DNA from: Clostridiaceae bacterium | GTDB taxonomy: Bacteria; Bacillota; Clostridia; Saccharofermentanales; DTU023 | Reading direction: 5' to 3' | DNA: 64,000 nucleotides | Assembly: GCA_012841015.1 (NCBI GenBank) | Contig: DUVN01000014.1 | Coordinates: forward strand, 65,663 to 129,662 | Shown: positions 19,463 to 30,661 of the stretch, piece by piece | Position numbering within the stretch: the first letter of the stretch is position 1 | How the letters are laid out: each line of letters begins with the position of its first letter | Program-made: the position numbers and the translations under genes | The notes under the pieces: model-generated | Seen by the model: the letters and a program-made list of their open reading frames with translations, nothing else | The model's database searches: none | What the model was told of the DNA's origin: nothing

Positions 19463-22400
19463 ATGGCAAAACGTGAAGAAGCAGATTCAGGACTCAGAGC
19501 AGGATTTATCACAGAAGATGAGGCGATGCGACAGCGCCGCGAAATGGAAGCGCGCGCGCTTCTTGAGACGCTCGAAATTCCGGAGAAACCTGAAAAAGTT
19601 GAAGAAGAGTCTGTCAAGACGGAGCCTTCACCTGATGAGAGGTTAAAAGCCATCCCCGGTGCCTCGACGATTGAGATACAGGGTATTTCTGGGAAAAGTA
19701 TTCCTGGTGTGATCAAAATTGTCAAAAGGCCAAAGCGAGATGTCGTGAAAGCCAAGGCTGAACCGCCTGCTGTTACTGTGATCGAACCTGTTGCAAAAGA
19801 AAAGCCGGCTGAGGCGATACTAGTCACACCGCCTGCAGTCATTCCTGTAACGGAACCAAAGAAAAAAGCGCCCGAAAAATCTATTCCCATCACTGAGACA
19901 GTCGCGATTCCGAAGGAAGAAATCAAGACAGTTAAACGTGTAGAAGAGCGAGAGAAGGTAAAGCCTGCTGATATAAAACGCGAGGAAAAACCTGATATAC
20001 CATCGGTGCCAAAAGTGGAGAAAGACGACAGTAAAGGATTGTCAGTGGTGGAAGAGGTCGTTTCAGAAGTTGTCAAGACACGTTCTGCCAAAGATGAAGC
20101 ACGTGATCTGCCGACGAAGCCAGAGACACCTCGACCTGCTGTTGCGAGAGAAGCGGGCGTTCAAACTAAGAAGCGTTCTGCGAAGCCGACACCACGGCCA
20201 AAGAAAAAGGAACAGGTACAAGCTGTAGAAACAGCTAAAAGAGAAGTGCCCGATAAACCTGCGCCGCGGCAATCTTCAAGGTCGACGCGGAGGGAGCGCA
20301 GAAGTATTGCGGAACTCTCACTTCCGATTACAGAACGTATTACGACACCAGATCCCGTCACACCGCCTAAACCTGCACGAAGGCGTCCTTTGACGACGAG
20401 CGACGGACGCCCTGTCAGGCCTCAGCGGGGCAGCTATGTCGGTAGGGACCGCGATATCCCTGTGAGCGAGCAGAGACGTCCATCGCGACCTCCTGTTCAG
20501 CCGACACGTGAGGAGCGACGACCGACAACGCCTACTACTTCTACTACTTCAGATCGCGAGCAAAGTTCACGCCGATCGAGACCGAGACGCCAGTCACCGG
20601 CCGTCCCCATGATGCCTGTTGAGACGCCAATCGCTGAAGAGCCACCGCCTGTTGCCATGTCAAGGCGACAACGAGATCGTGGACGTCAGCGTGACCAAGA
20701 GCATCGCGATAGGCAGATTCGTCGCGAGCAACAGGAGACGATGGAGAAGAGTATACGTCTGCGCCGTCAAACAGCACCGAGTTCCCCGAAACGCTCTGTT
20801 GCTCAGCTGACGCAAGTTGTGTTGCCTGAACATCTGACGGTCAAAGAGCTGGCTGAGGCAATCAAGAAGTCAACGGCCGATGTCATCATGAAGTTGATGG
20901 GACTCGGTATGATGGTGACGATTAATCAAGACATCGATTATGAGACGGCTGAAATCGTAGCGGCGGAATTTGGTATCACAAGCGAGAAACTCGTCGAAGT
21001 GACGGAAGAGGATATCTTGTTTGATGATTCTGATGATGATGAAAAAGACCTCGTTGCGAGACCACCTGTTGTCGTTGTCATGGGGCATGTTGACCACGGG
21101 AAGACATCGATTCTTGACCACATTCGTGAATCGTCCGTAACGGCTGGTGAGGCAGGAGGCATTACGCAGCACATTGGAGCGTACTCCGTCAAAGTCAATG
21201 GCCGTACTATCACATTCCTCGATACACCTGGTCACGAAGCATTTACTACACTTCGGGCGCGCGGCGCGCAAGTCACAGATATCGCGATCCTAGTCGTTGC
21301 CGCCGACGATGGTGTCATGCCGCAGACTGTTGAGGCGATCAATCATGCCAGAGCGGCCGATACGGAGATTATTGTTGCGATTAACAAGATTGATCGTCCT
21401 GAGGCTGATGTTGAGCGCGTCAAGCGTGAATTGGCGAATTACAATTTGATGGATTCTGATTGGGGCGGACAGACGACCATTGTTCCCGTCTCCGCCAAGA
21501 CAGGCCAGAATATGGATGAGTTGCTGGAGATGATTCTTCTGACTGCTGATGTCTTAGAACTTAAAGCCAATCCAGATCGACAGGCGAAGGGCACAGTCAT
21601 TGAGGCTAAGCTAGATAAGGCGCGTGGCCCTCTTGCGACGATTCTAGTACAGCGCGGTACGCTAAGACAGGGTGATACAGTTGTTGTAGGCAGTGCGATC
21701 GGTCGCGTTCGGATGATGTACAACGATCGTGGACAGCAATTAGAAGAGGCGGGGCCGTCAACGCCAGTCGAGATTATCGGGCTCGATGAAGTGCCCGAAG
21801 GTGGCGATATTCTCTACCAAGTTGAAAATGAGCGAATTGCACGCGATCTTGTCGAAAAACGTAAGACGGAAGAGCGCGAGTCGGCCCTGCGCCAATCGTC
21901 TCGCATGTCACTCGATACACTGTTCTCGCGGATGGCCAATGCAGAATTGATTGACCTCAACATCATCGTGAAAGCTGACACGCAAGGTTCCGTCGAAGCG
22001 ATGACACAATCTCTGACAAAATTGACAACGGAAAAAATTCGTGTCAATGTGATCCATGGTGCTGTCGGCGCGATCACAGAATCCGACATCCGTCTTGCGG
22101 AAGTTTCGGATGCGATCATTATCGGCTTCAACGTAAGACCTGCGACGACAGCGGCTGGGATTGCAGCCGATTCTGATGTTGATATTCATCTCTATCGCGT
22201 CATTTATGAAGCGATAGAAGAAGTTGAACAAGCGATGAGGGGTATGCTGGCACCGGTCCTCAAAGAAGTTATCGTTGGACATGCAGAAGTTCGCAATGTC
22301 TTTCATGCTTCAGCTGTCGGTACCATTGCCGGTTGCTATATCACCGAAGGTCGAGTCAATCGAAACGACAGTGCGCGCCTCGTACGAGACGGCATCGTCA

Positions 22401-22561
22401 TCTATGAGACGAAGATCGCTTCATTGCGCCGATTCAAAGACGACGTGCGTGAAGTCCAAGCAGGGTACGAGTGCGGCCTCAGCCTCGATCGTTTTAACGA
22501 TATTAAGATCGATGATGCGATTGAGTTTTATACGATGAGGGAAGTACAGGAAGATGCGTAG
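19463..22561 (+). CDS. infB: Translation initiation factor IF-2
   Basis: GTPase core ([28 protein letters not shown]) and a conserved C-terminus. The N-terminal region is long and K/E/P/R-rich. ATG 19463 follows GGATGGGAGG and the ylxR stop. Confidence 0.95.
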   Translation: MAKREEADSGLRAGFITEDEAMRQRREMEARALLETLEIPEKPEKVEEESVKTEPSPDERLKAIPGASTIEIQGISGKSIPGVIKIVKRPKRDVVKAKAEPPAVTVIEPVAKEKPAEAILVTPPAVIPVTEPKKKAPEKSIPITETVAIPKEEIKTVKRVEEREKVKPADIKREEKPDIPSVPKVEKDDSKGLSVVEEVVSEVVKTRSAKDEARDLPTKPETPRPAVAREAGVQTKKRSAKPTPRPKKKEQVQAVETAKREVPDKPAPRQSSRSTRRERRSIAELSLPITERITTPDPVTPPKPARRRPLTTSDGRPVRPQRGSYVGRDRDIPVSEQRRPSRPPVQPTREERRPTTPTTSTTSDREQSSRRSRPRRQSPAVPMMPVETPIAEEPPPVAMSRRQRDRGRQRDQEHRDRQIRREQQETMEKSIRLRRQTAPSSPKRSVAQLTQVVLPEHLTVKELAEAIKKSTADVIMKLMGLGMMVTINQDIDYETAEIVAAEFGITSEKLVEVTEEDILFDDSDDDEKDLVARPPVVVVMGHVDHGKTSILDHIRESSVTAGEAGGITQHIGAYSVKVNGRTITFLDTPGHEAFTTLRARGAQVTDIAILVVAADDGVMPQTVEAINHARAADTEIIVAINKIDRPEADVERVKRELANYNLMDSDWGGQTTIVPVSAKTGQNMDELLEMILLTADVLELKANPDRQAKGTVIEAKLDKARGPLATILVQRGTLRQGDTVVVGSAIGRVRMMYNDRGQQLEEAGPSTPVEIIGLDEVPEGGDILYQVENERIARDLVEKRKTEERESALRQSSRMSLDTLFSRMANAELIDLNIIVKADTQGSVEAMTQSLTKLTTEKIRVNVIHGAVGAITESDIRLAEVSDAIIIGFNVRPATTAAGIAADSDVDIHLYRVIYEAIEEVEQAMRGMLAPVLKEVIVGHAEVRNVFHASAVGTIAGCYITEGRVNRNDSARLVRDGIVIYETKIASLRRFKDDVREVQAGYECGLSLDRFNDIKIDDAIEFYTMREVQEDA

Positions 22562-22910
22562 GGCAGACAGATACGGCGATGAAGTATACAGGATTCTTGC
22601 CGATATCATTTATAAAAAAATCAACGATCCGCGTATATCGGGCATCGCATCTTTGACAGGCGTTGAGGTAAGCGGTGACCTTACGGTCGCCAGAGTCTTT
22701 TATAGCGTGTATGGCTCCGATGAAGATCGTAAAAAGGCGAGTGACGCATTTGATAGAGCGAAAGGTTTCCTCCGTAAAGAACTTGCCTCAAGAATGCGCT
22801 CTAAGAAAGTGCCGCGCTTAGTCTTTATGGAGGATATGAGCCTTCGTTACGGTGAATCGATCGATCGACTCTTGAAGTCGGTCGCTGGCATAAGAGATGA
22901 TAAGGAGTAG
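22554..22910 (+). CDS. rbfA: Ribosome-binding factor A
   Basis: 118 aa with RbfA-typical sequence ([25 protein letters not shown]); operon position after infB. Confidence 0.9.
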   Translation: MRRADRYGDEVYRILADIIYKKINDPRISGIASLTGVEVSGDLTVARVFYSVYGSDEDRKKASDAFDRAKGFLRKELASRMRSKKVPRLVFMEDMSLRYGESIDRLLKSVAGIRDDKE

Positions 22911-23007
22911 AAAGGTCGTTCGCGTCTGTAAGTGAATAGAGTAATCGCGAAGCCGATGCGTGTGACATACCCACACGATCTCGCGGTTCAGAGTTTTGGG
23001 GTATGTA

Positions 23008-24048
23008 ATGAGTAAACAACAAGATAAAAGAAGACTGCTCCTTGAAGTCGTTCTTAACATAGCTGCAGACGGCGGACACGTCGTGTTCCTGCCTCATGAG
23101 CGATTTGATCCTGATGCGATCGGTGCGTCTATATCGCTCGCCGAAGTGTTCCGGGCGATCGGATGCGAGACGACTGTTTTGGTCGATGCAAAGCCGCCTG
23201 CAGCGATGTCCCATCTTCCACTTCTCAACACGATACAAGTTTATGAACCTGGTTTGTTCTGTCTTTCTTATGATCTCGCCTTGGCGATCGACTGTCATGA
23301 AGCTGACCGTATAGGTGCACGTGCCGATTGTTTAGCTCAATCGCGATTCCGTGGTTCTGTTGATCATCACATTGTTTCGACTGAATTAGGCAGGCTGGAT
23401 CTTGTCGTGCCGTCTGCGTCCTCAACGTGTGAAGTAGCCTTTGAGATTATTTGGGACTTAGAACACCACCTTGCGAAGCCGTTGTTCAATGATGATATTG
23501 CCATCCTTTTGCTCGCAGGAGCCATCACTGACACCGGTAGGTACTCCTATAGCAATACGACGCCTACCGCTTTCCGCCAAGCGGCTTTTTTACTTGAACG
23601 ATTCGACATCGACCTCGCAGCGCTTAACCACGAGTTGTTCGAGCGCACGACGATAGGTCGGTTGCAGATCAAAGGAGACATCCTTTCTAATATGGTTGTA
23701 ATCGACGATGGGCGCATCTTAGTCGCTTCGGTGACACGCGATATGCTAAAGCTGCGCGATGTTGAAGATGATGATCTTGCAAATTTTGCTTCAGAAATGA
23801 GGGGGGCAAACGGTGTCGAAGTGACGATGCTTTTTACCGAGTCGATCAACCCTTCAGGTGTACGTGTCAACATTCGCTCAAACGGCTGTTTCGACGCCGC
23901 ACAGTTTGCAAAGCAATTTGGTGGTGGTGGACACCTGCGAGCTGCAGGGATGACGCTGCAAGGTATCACATTGGATGAGGCGAAGGACTGCGTCTTACGG
24001 GAGGCGAAAAGAGCTCTTAGCGTATGCAGAGGAGAACTTCGCTCATGA
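23008..24048 (+). CDS. nrnA: DHH/DHHA1 family phosphoesterase (NrnA-like oligoribonuclease/pAp phosphatase)
   Basis: DHH motif (VDHHI) and DHHA1 motif (GGGGHLRAAG); conserved position between rbfA and truB. Confidence 0.8.
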   Translation: MSKQQDKRRLLLEVVLNIAADGGHVVFLPHERFDPDAIGASISLAEVFRAIGCETTVLVDAKPPAAMSHLPLLNTIQVYEPGLFCLSYDLALAIDCHEADRIGARADCLAQSRFRGSVDHHIVSTELGRLDLVVPSASSTCEVAFEIIWDLEHHLAKPLFNDDIAILLLAGAITDTGRYSYSNTTPTAFRQAAFLLERFDIDLAALNHELFERTTIGRLQIKGDILSNMVVIDDGRILVASVTRDMLKLRDVEDDDLANFASEMRGANGVEVTMLFTESINPSGVRVNIRSNGCFDAAQFAKQFGGGGHLRAAGMTLQGITLDEAKDCVLREAKRALSVCRGELRS

Positions 24049-25082
24049 CGCACGTAGCAGGCGGTGTTCTCATCATTGACAAAGAAGAGGGCATGACGTC
24101 GGCTGCCGTTGTTTCACGTGTACGTGTATTGCTTGGAGAGAAGAGAGTAGGGCATACGGGGACGCTCGATCCCTTTGCAACGGGTGTTCTGCCGGTCTGT
24201 TTCGGTCGTGCGACGGCGGCTGCGCAGTATATGCTCCACTGGAACAAGCGGTATCTTTGTAGCATTTCCCTTGGTATGTCGACTGATACGATGGATTCAA
24301 CGGGCATGACGGTGGAGCAAACGCCTGAGACAAATTGGCGACGTTTCGCCTCGGATGACCCTCATATCCAAAGGGAGCTCGAGGCTGTTACGTGCTCATT
24401 TATTGGCAAGCGTATTCAGGAGGTGCCGATCTATTCAGCTGTCAAAGTTGATGGAAAGCGCCTCTACCGCTATGCTCGCGAGGGGAGCGAGGTCGATTTG
24501 CCAAAGCGTGAGATCACAGTCTATGATGCGATCTGTCGAGGTGTATCGATCGACAACGAGACAGGATTCCCAGCCATTTTGGTCGAATTTCTTGTCAGTG
24601 CCGGAACATACATCCGTGTGCTCGCCGAGGAGTTCGGACGAGCGCTCGGTTGTTTTGCTCATGCACAAAGATTACGTCGACTCGCCGCAGGACCTCTGAC
24701 CATTGAGCGAAGTATTACGCTTAACAGCTTGTTCGAGTTATTCAACGCGCTTGGCCGCGATCCGAAACGTCTCAGAAGGCGTATAAGGGAGGAAGGGATC
24801 GTTTCATCGCTTGGCTCTGTATTCGCCGATTGGCGCACTGTGATCTTTGACAGAGCAAGTGCGATCGATCTAACATACGGACGAAAAGTATCTCTGACTG
24901 CGGGCCGTCTTGTTTCGCCATTTCGTGAGTTTAAGTCACAAGTAGTAGATGATGAATTGTTCGCTTTTTATTACGGTGAACAGCTGATAGCAATCGGTTT
25001 CATAGAGGGGGAATACTACCGTGTGAAACGTGTTTTTTTGGAGCCGGCCGATATGAAATCATTTGAGGGGATGTCAAGTTGA
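24045..25082 (+). CDS. truB: tRNA pseudouridine(55) synthase
   Basis: GVLIIDKEEGMTSAAVV...VGHTGTLDPFATGVLPV contains the catalytic Asp motif. Confidence 0.92.
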   Translation: MTHVAGGVLIIDKEEGMTSAAVVSRVRVLLGEKRVGHTGTLDPFATGVLPVCFGRATAAAQYMLHWNKRYLCSISLGMSTDTMDSTGMTVEQTPETNWRRFASDDPHIQRELEAVTCSFIGKRIQEVPIYSAVKVDGKRLYRYAREGSEVDLPKREITVYDAICRGVSIDNETGFPAILVEFLVSAGTYIRVLAEEFGRALGCFAHAQRLRRLAAGPLTIERSITLNSLFELFNALGRDPKRLRRRIREEGIVSSLGSVFADWRTVIFDRASAIDLTYGRKVSLTAGRLVSPFREFKSQVVDDELFAFYYGEQLIAIGFIEGEYYRVKRVFLEPADMKSFEGMSS

Positions 25083-25083
25083 G

Positions 25084-26064
25084 ATGACATTTAACGTGTA
25101 TAGACAATTAGATCAGCTCCCATTTGCGCATCGTGGTATCGCATTGGGCGTGTTCGATGGAGTACATAAGGGGCATCGCCACCTCATCTCGATGTTGAAG
25201 TGTCGGTGCGAAGATCTGAGCCTACGCTCGGGTGTTTTTACTTTTTCGTATGAGATGGGAGTAGGCTTTAATGAAAGAAAAGTCAATCATGATTTTCTTA
25301 TGACAGACGATGAGAAAATTGACATACTCCACGGACTCGGTGTGAAAGATGTCTTTCTTATCCCGTTAACTTCTGATTTTTGCCATCTGAATAAGGAGTC
25401 CTTTTTACGCAGTGTGCTAGAGGAGAAGCTCCATGTCCGATTGTTGGCGATCGGTGAAGATGGACGATTCGGCTGGAAGGGCGAAGGCGATGCTGCCTAC
25501 TTAAGAGAGTACTCCAAACACCACCAGCTCGAACCTTTGATTGTTCCCGATCTCACATGGAAGGGGAAAAAGGTGACGAGTACGAGGATTCGTGAAGCTT
25601 TGATGATCGGGCATGTCGTGGAAGCGGCCAAAATGATGGCGAGAACATTTCGTCTCCAGGGCACCGTCGTAAGCGGCAGTCATCTCGGATCGAGGATCGG
25701 GTCTCCCACAGCAAACTTCGTGTATCCATTGACTTCGGTATTATTGAGACGAGGTGTTTACGCAACGCGCACACGAGTGGATGGCGGCGAAAGACTGCCG
25801 TCGATCAGCAATGTTGGCGTTGCACCTTCTGTACGAGAGAAAGGGAGCGATGTGGTTGTCGAGACGCACATCTACGACTACGCCGGTAATCTGTATGGAC
25901 GAAAGATCGATGTCGAATTCAAAGAGTTCATACGCGATGAATGCGTTTTTAGTTCAGTTCATGATTTGTCGGCACGCGTCCGTGCTGATCTTGACGCTGT
26001 CAGGGCATGGCATCAGACAATTGGAGCTGTGCAGTTTCCAGACGCGTCGTATATGGTAGAATGA
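25084..26064 (+). CDS. ribF: Bifunctional riboflavin kinase / FAD synthetase
   Basis: GVFDGVHKGHRHL nucleotidyltransferase motif and the C-terminal kinase region (GSHLGSRIGSPTANF...ETHIYDY). Confidence 0.92.
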   Translation: MTFNVYRQLDQLPFAHRGIALGVFDGVHKGHRHLISMLKCRCEDLSLRSGVFTFSYEMGVGFNERKVNHDFLMTDDEKIDILHGLGVKDVFLIPLTSDFCHLNKESFLRSVLEEKLHVRLLAIGEDGRFGWKGEGDAAYLREYSKHHQLEPLIVPDLTWKGKKVTSTRIREALMIGHVVEAAKMMARTFRLQGTVVSGSHLGSRIGSPTANFVYPLTSVLLRRGVYATRTRVDGGERLPSISNVGVAPSVREKGSDVVVETHIYDYAGNLYGRKIDVEFKEFIRDECVFSSVHDLSARVRADLDAVRAWHQTIGAVQFPDASYMVE

Positions 26065-26086
26065 CGACATTCTCGGAGGTCGGATT

Positions 26087-27064
26087 ATGCATGCCATTTT
26101 GAATTACAATGTTTCGTTTCCGGGGCTGGGGATCCATGATCTGTCCATTAGCCGGATTGCTTTTCAATTTAACCTTTTCGGACGACAAGTGGTCGTCTAC
26201 TGGTACGGATTACTTTTCGCTATTGCGATGGTGTTGTGTCTCGTCCTCGCCGCGCGTCATGCCAAATACCATCATCTGGCGAGTGATGATATTGTTGATT
26301 TATTCTTGTGGATGGTGCCGTCTATACTAATCGGTGCGCGTATTTACTACGTCATCTTTGAATGGGATCAGTTCAAAGGAAACTGGAAATCAGCTTTGAA
26401 CTTTCGAGAGGGCGGACTTGCTTTCTACGGAGGTGTCATTGGAGGCATTATTTCCGTCGTTGTTGTGGCGAAGGTCAAAAAGATGAAACTTCACCGTCCA
26501 CTTGATTTTTTAGCTGTTTACGTTCCGCTCGGACAGGCAATCGGGAGATGGGGGAACTTCTTTAATCAGGAAGCATTCGGGACAAATACGTCACTCCCTT
26601 GGGGGATGATTAGCGAAGGGACGAGACGTGGGCTTGCTTCCGTTAATCCTGATCCCGCCAATCCTCTACCCGGTATTGATCCCGCCTTACCTGTTCATCC
26701 GACATTCCTTTACGAGTTTATTGCGAATATGATCATTTTCGTTATCCTCATCTACGTTCGAAGAAATATTAAGCGCCCATGGGTGACGTTTCACTCGTAT
26801 CTATTTCTCTATGGGCTTGTTCGATTCTTTGTCGAGGGGATTCGCACCGATTCATTGATGTTTACGTTTTTAGGTTACAATTTACGCGTGTCACAGGTAT
26901 TGTCTGCCCTTATGGTACTCGCCTCTGTCGCTTTCCTAATCGCGATATATCTGCGTGGACGTCAACGCGACCGTATTATGGCGAGTCTTGCCGGGGTACC
27001 CGCTGACATTGTAGAGGTCAGCGAAATAGTTGCTGAAGATACGGATGAGGATGTAGAGGAGTAA
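26087..27064 (+). CDS. lgt: Prolipoprotein diacylglyceryl transferase
   Basis: Lgt hallmarks (YWYGLLFAIAM, GRWGNFFNQEAFG, HPTFLYE); acidic C-terminal tail. Confidence 0.92.
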   Translation: MHAILNYNVSFPGLGIHDLSISRIAFQFNLFGRQVVVYWYGLLFAIAMVLCLVLAARHAKYHHLASDDIVDLFLWMVPSILIGARIYYVIFEWDQFKGNWKSALNFREGGLAFYGGVIGGIISVVVVAKVKKMKLHRPLDFLAVYVPLGQAIGRWGNFFNQEAFGTNTSLPWGMISEGTRRGLASVNPDPANPLPGIDPALPVHPTFLYEFIANMIIFVILIYVRRNIKRPWVTFHSYLFLYGLVRFFVEGIRTDSLMFTFLGYNLRVSQVLSALMVLASVAFLIAIYLRGRQRDRIMASLAGVPADIVEVSEIVAEDTDEDVEE

Positions 27065-27124
27065 GTAAGCAATCATGACGATGTTGCCGGGGAGCGATTG
27101 AAAGTGAATTGGACGGAAGGGAGT

Positions 27125-28273
27125 ATGAGAAGGACTGTCGATGCGAATCGACAGTCACGAGCCGATTATTTTTTTAGAGCGCTTGATTACCGTATGCTCG
27201 TTCCAGTTCTCGCGCTTGTGATGATCGGGCTCGTTGTTCTGAACAAGGTGCTTGCGACAGGGTATGGCGTCGCCGCCTTTGAATATCCGATGAATTTCTT
27301 CAAACAAATTGCCGCTGTTCTGATTGGTATCGTGGCGGCTTTCATCCTTTGTCTATTTGATCCGCCGACGATGCGCCTGATCGGTGGTATCTTGTACTTC
27401 ATTAGTCTTTTTCTCTTGCTAGTTGTTAAAGTGGATGGGTACCAAGCAGTTGCCGGCGCAGATAGCTGGTTGCGTATTCCTGTGTTCGGATCGTTCCAAC
27501 CATCGGAGCTATCTAAAATAGCTGTGGCGATGGTATCCGGTTCAATTTTTGCCGCGATGAAGAAAGGCAAACTGTCTGTTGCGCGTGGTTTTCTTCGGTT
27601 AAGTGTTATCTACGGTGTCCCGTTCTTGTTTGTCATCACTGAGCCTGACCTCGGTACAAGTCTCGTTCTGATTTTTATGTTTCTCTGCACGACTTTTGTA
27701 TGGGGAGTCAGATGGCGCACGATTCTATTGTCTGTCGCAGGGATGATCTTTGTTGTTTTACCGCTCGGCTGGAATTTCGCACTCAATGCAACACAGAAAG
27801 ACCGCATTATGACATTCCTTTTTAGAGGGCACGATAAAACGGCATCGTATCACATCAATCAATCGTTGGCATCTGTCGCCTCAGGTGGTTTAACAGGGAA
27901 TCGTAGCGGAGTGAATATCAGTGTCCCCGTCAAAGAATCTGATTTTATTTTCCCCGCTATTTCCGAACAACTTGGATTCATAGGGACGACAGTCGTCATT
28001 TTACTGGCTGGCTATTTTATTTTTCATACAATTCGAGTTGCCGGTTTGATTCACGCGCGATCGCCTGAAGAATCGTACATCATGGTGGCGCTTATTTCAT
28101 GTATCGCCTTTCACTTTATTGAAAACATTGGCATGACAGTCGGGCTACTCCCTATCACAGGTATCCCGCTCCCTTTTATCAGCTACGGCGGATCGGCCAT
28201 GATTTCTAACTTTATCCTTTTAGGCGTACTACTCAACTACTCGATGAACAACAATGAAAAAGCTAGATTGTGA
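27125..28273 (+). CDS. rodA: FtsW/RodA/SpoVE (SEDS) family peptidoglycan polymerase, RodA-like paralogue
   Basis: SEDS signatures (FQPSELSKIA, ESDFIFPAISEQLGF, GIPLPFISYGGSAM). It lies outside the dcw cluster. ATG 27125 is preceded by GGAAGGGA. Confidence 0.8.
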   Translation: MRRTVDANRQSRADYFFRALDYRMLVPVLALVMIGLVVLNKVLATGYGVAAFEYPMNFFKQIAAVLIGIVAAFILCLFDPPTMRLIGGILYFISLFLLLVVKVDGYQAVAGADSWLRIPVFGSFQPSELSKIAVAMVSGSIFAAMKKGKLSVARGFLRLSVIYGVPFLFVITEPDLGTSLVLIFMFLCTTFVWGVRWRTILLSVAGMIFVVLPLGWNFALNATQKDRIMTFLFRGHDKTASYHINQSLASVASGGLTGNRSGVNISVPVKESDFIFPAISEQLGFIGTTVVILLAGYFIFHTIRVAGLIHARSPEESYIMVALISCIAFHFIENIGMTVGLLPITGIPLPFISYGGSAMISNFILLGVLLNYSMNNNEKARL

Positions 28274-28310
28274 TGTTGAGGCTCGGTATATAGAAGAAGA
28301 GGGTTTGACC

Positions 28311-29051
28311 ATGGGGATTTGCATTCAACTTTCTGCGGCTACTTGTGTGTACGGTGATGTTAAGGCTAATCTTGCGACAATTGAGCGGGAGGCTGAGCTT
28401 GCCAAGAACGCGAACGTTGACCTTGTTCTTTTCGGTGAAGCATTCTTGCAGGGATTCGATTCGATGACCTTCAATTACCATCACGACGCAGACGTGACGT
28501 TCGGCTTGGGTAGCGTGCCCATAGCGCATCTACGAAAAATGGCAAGCGATTACAGCGTTGGGATTGGCGTTGGGTTTTACGAGAACGATCACGGAGCTTT
28601 TTATTCTTCCTATTTGGTCATCGATAAGAGAGGTAAGATTGTCCATCGATACCGGCGTGCATCCGAGGGATGGAAACTGCCCGGTGCGAACGCCGATTAT
28701 CGTGAAGGTAATGACTTTCTCCCGTTTGAATTTGAAGATGTGAAGATGGGTGTTCTTATCTGTGGTGATCTATGGGAAGACCATTTACTTAAAGCGATTG
28801 CTGACCTTGATGCACATGTCGAATGCATTTTGTGGCCAGTACATACAGATTATTCCATTGATGAATGGGAGGGCGGAGTACGGAAAGAGTACATCGAGCG
28901 AGCGTCCATTCTCGGTGCTCATGTCTTTTTTGTCAATAACTACGTTCAACATGAAGATTTGGCGAAGGGCGGTGCCTACGTGTGGTACCAGGGGCGAGAG
29001 CTTGCCGCCTTATCGCCCGGCCATCCTGGCCGACTTTTGTTCGATTATTAG
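28311..29051 (+). CDS. Carbon-nitrogen hydrolase (nitrilase superfamily) protein
   Basis: Candidate Glu-Lys-Cys triad (FGEAF, VIDKRGK, VLICGDLW). The track ORF begins at 28254. Confidence 0.7.
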   Translation: MGICIQLSAATCVYGDVKANLATIEREAELAKNANVDLVLFGEAFLQGFDSMTFNYHHDADVTFGLGSVPIAHLRKMASDYSVGIGVGFYENDHGAFYSSYLVIDKRGKIVHRYRRASEGWKLPGANADYREGNDFLPFEFEDVKMGVLICGDLWEDHLLKAIADLDAHVECILWPVHTDYSIDEWEGGVRKEYIERASILGAHVFFVNNYVQHEDLAKGGAYVWYQGRELAALSPGHPGRLLFDY

Positions 29052-29200
29052 CTGCGATATCTCAATCTCAAAAAGCGAATTACCGATTACGTCGATTTAA
29101 AGATCGACTGTTTGGTGTGCGCTTCTTCCGCGCGAAAACCCTTACTCTGTTATAGGTGCAACATAAAGTAGAGGCAATTCCAAGGTGATTTCTGGAAAAA

Positions 29201-29253
29201 GGTGGGAGAATATGGGGGAATGGGTACATTTTGGTTATGATTTGTGGTAGAAT
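29201..29253 (+). promoter_or_regulatory. dcw promoter with candidate MraZ operator repeats
   Basis: Three direct [G/A]TGGG repeats start at 29202, 29212 and 29220. They are followed by an extended -10 element TGgTAGAAT (29245-29253), 28 nt before the mraZ GTG start. Confidence 0.5.
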
Positions 29254-29280
29254 GCTTGCAAAACGAAGAGGAGAAAACTC

Positions 29281-29715
29281 GTGGCGCGCTATACCCACAC
29301 AGTCGATAACAAAGGACGAGTCATTGTGCCAGTCAAGTTGCGTGAGCAACTTGACGGTGTGTTGATCGTGACGCAAGGAATCGACAAGGGTTTTTTGGCC
29401 GCGTACACTCCTGAGGAATTTGAAGTGATCAAGGACCAGATCTTGAATCACTCCAGTACAGGTTATGAAATTCGTAAATTGAAGCGTGAGGTTCTCGGTT
29501 CATCGACCATTTGCGAATTTGACGGACAGGGGCGTATTTCTGTACCGGCATTCCTATGGGATCATATTTTCGTCAATCCAGGTGACGAAATATGCTTCAT
29601 TCACGTTTTCGACAAGATTGAAATATGTTCGCAATCCTTCTACGACAAACTGCAGGAGGAAGAGACGCCCTTATCAGAAATGGATTTGAGCCGTTATGAA
29701 ATCCGTGGACTGTAA
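29281..29715 (+). CDS. mraZ: Division/cell wall cluster transcriptional regulator MraZ
   Basis: Two SpoVT/AbrB-like repeats (DNKGRVIVPVKLREQL; DGQGRISVPAFLWDHI). GTG start after GAGGAG. Confidence 0.92.
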   Translation: MARYTHTVDNKGRVIVPVKLREQLDGVLIVTQGIDKGFLAAYTPEEFEVIKDQILNHSSTGYEIRKLKREVLGSSTICEFDGQGRISVPAFLWDHIFVNPGDEICFIHVFDKIEICSQSFYDKLQEEETPLSEMDLSRYEIRGL

Positions 29716-30661
29716 CACGTGGCACGTACCTGTACTCCTCGACACCGTGATCGATTATCTCTCGATTGAGCCGAACGGTCTTTACATCGACCTCACAGTG
29801 GGTGGTGGCGGGCACAGCACGGCGATCCTCGAGAGGCTAGAGGAAGGTGGTAGGCTCCTTGCGGCAGATCGTGACCCGGTTGCTCTGACCGTCTCCTCTG
29901 AGCGATTGAAAAGCGTCGAGACGAAAGCTGCTTTTGATATGATACAGGCGAAGTTCAGCGAATTTCCTAGCTGGCTCGCTGAAGACGATATAGGGCATAT
30001 CGACGGACTTTTAGCTGATTTAGGTGTCAGCTCGTACCAGCTAGATGCTTCGGAGAGAGGCTTTTCGTATTTACACGATGGCCCGCTCGACATGCGAATG
30101 AATCCTGACCAAAAAGAAACTGCAGCCGACCTTATTGCTAAGCTGAGGGAAAGTGATCTTATTGCTCTTCTCAGATTATACGGGGAGGAGCAGTATGCCT
30201 ATTTGATCGCAAAGGCGATCGTTGAAAGACGCGATAAGACCCCCATTACAACAACAGGGGAGTTAGCTGACATCATTGTGTCCGCCGTACCATCACATGC
30301 AAGACGAGGTGGTAACCCTGCAAGACGGACATTTCAAGCTCTACGTATGGCGGTGAACCATGAACAGGAAGAGCTTTCATACTTGTTACAAGTGCTTCCT
30401 GAAGTTATGGCCCCGAACGGTCGCGTCGCCATTATCAGCTTTCATTCACTAGAAGATCGGATGGTGAAACAGGCTATGCGACGCTGGGAATCTCCATGCG
30501 ACTGTCCGCGAGATTTTCCTGTCTGTGTGTGCGGGAAGAAGCCGCTAGGGCGCAGCATCACAACTAGACCGATTATGGCTAATGAAGCGGAGTGCGAACG
30601 TAACAGGAGGGCGCGCAGTGCAAAATTGCGTGTTTTCGAATTTGGGGAGGTAGATGTATGA
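29696..30661 (+). CDS. rsmH: 16S rRNA (cytosine1402-N4)-methyltransferase
   Basis: HVPVLLDTV..., DLTVGGGGHS, GVSSYQLD and ISFHSLEDRMVK motifs. Confidence 0.95.
   Translation: MKSVDCNTWHVPVLLDTVIDYLSIEPNGLYIDLTVGGGGHSTAILERLEEGGRLLAADRDPVALTVSSERLKSVETKAAFDMIQAKFSEFPSWLAEDDIGHIDGLLADLGVSSYQLDASERGFSYLHDGPLDMRMNPDQKETAADLIAKLRESDLIALLRLYGEEQYAYLIAKAIVERRDKTPITTTGELADIIVSAVPSHARRGGNPARRTFQALRMAVNHEQEELSYLLQVLPEVMAPNGRVAIISFHSLEDRMVKQAMRRWESPCDCPRDFPVCVCGKKPLGRSITTRPIMANEAECERNRRARSAKLRVFEFGEVDV

Noticed and set aside
19375-20091. 238-aa ORF on the minus strand
   Set aside because: It lies entirely antisense to the low-complexity K/E/P-rich N-terminal region of infB. Its own product is S/T/G low complexity with no RBS, a typical shadow ORF. 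The same reasoning applies to 20870-21271, 21908-22306 and 3635-4078.
23547-24053. 168-aa minus-strand ORF
   Set aside because: It is antisense to the well-supported nrnA (DHH/DHHA1) gene and has no independent signals.
29080-29451. 123-aa minus-strand ORF across the dcw promoter
   Set aside because: It overlaps the promoter/operator region and the 5' half of mraZ in antisense, and the mraZ assignment is strong.
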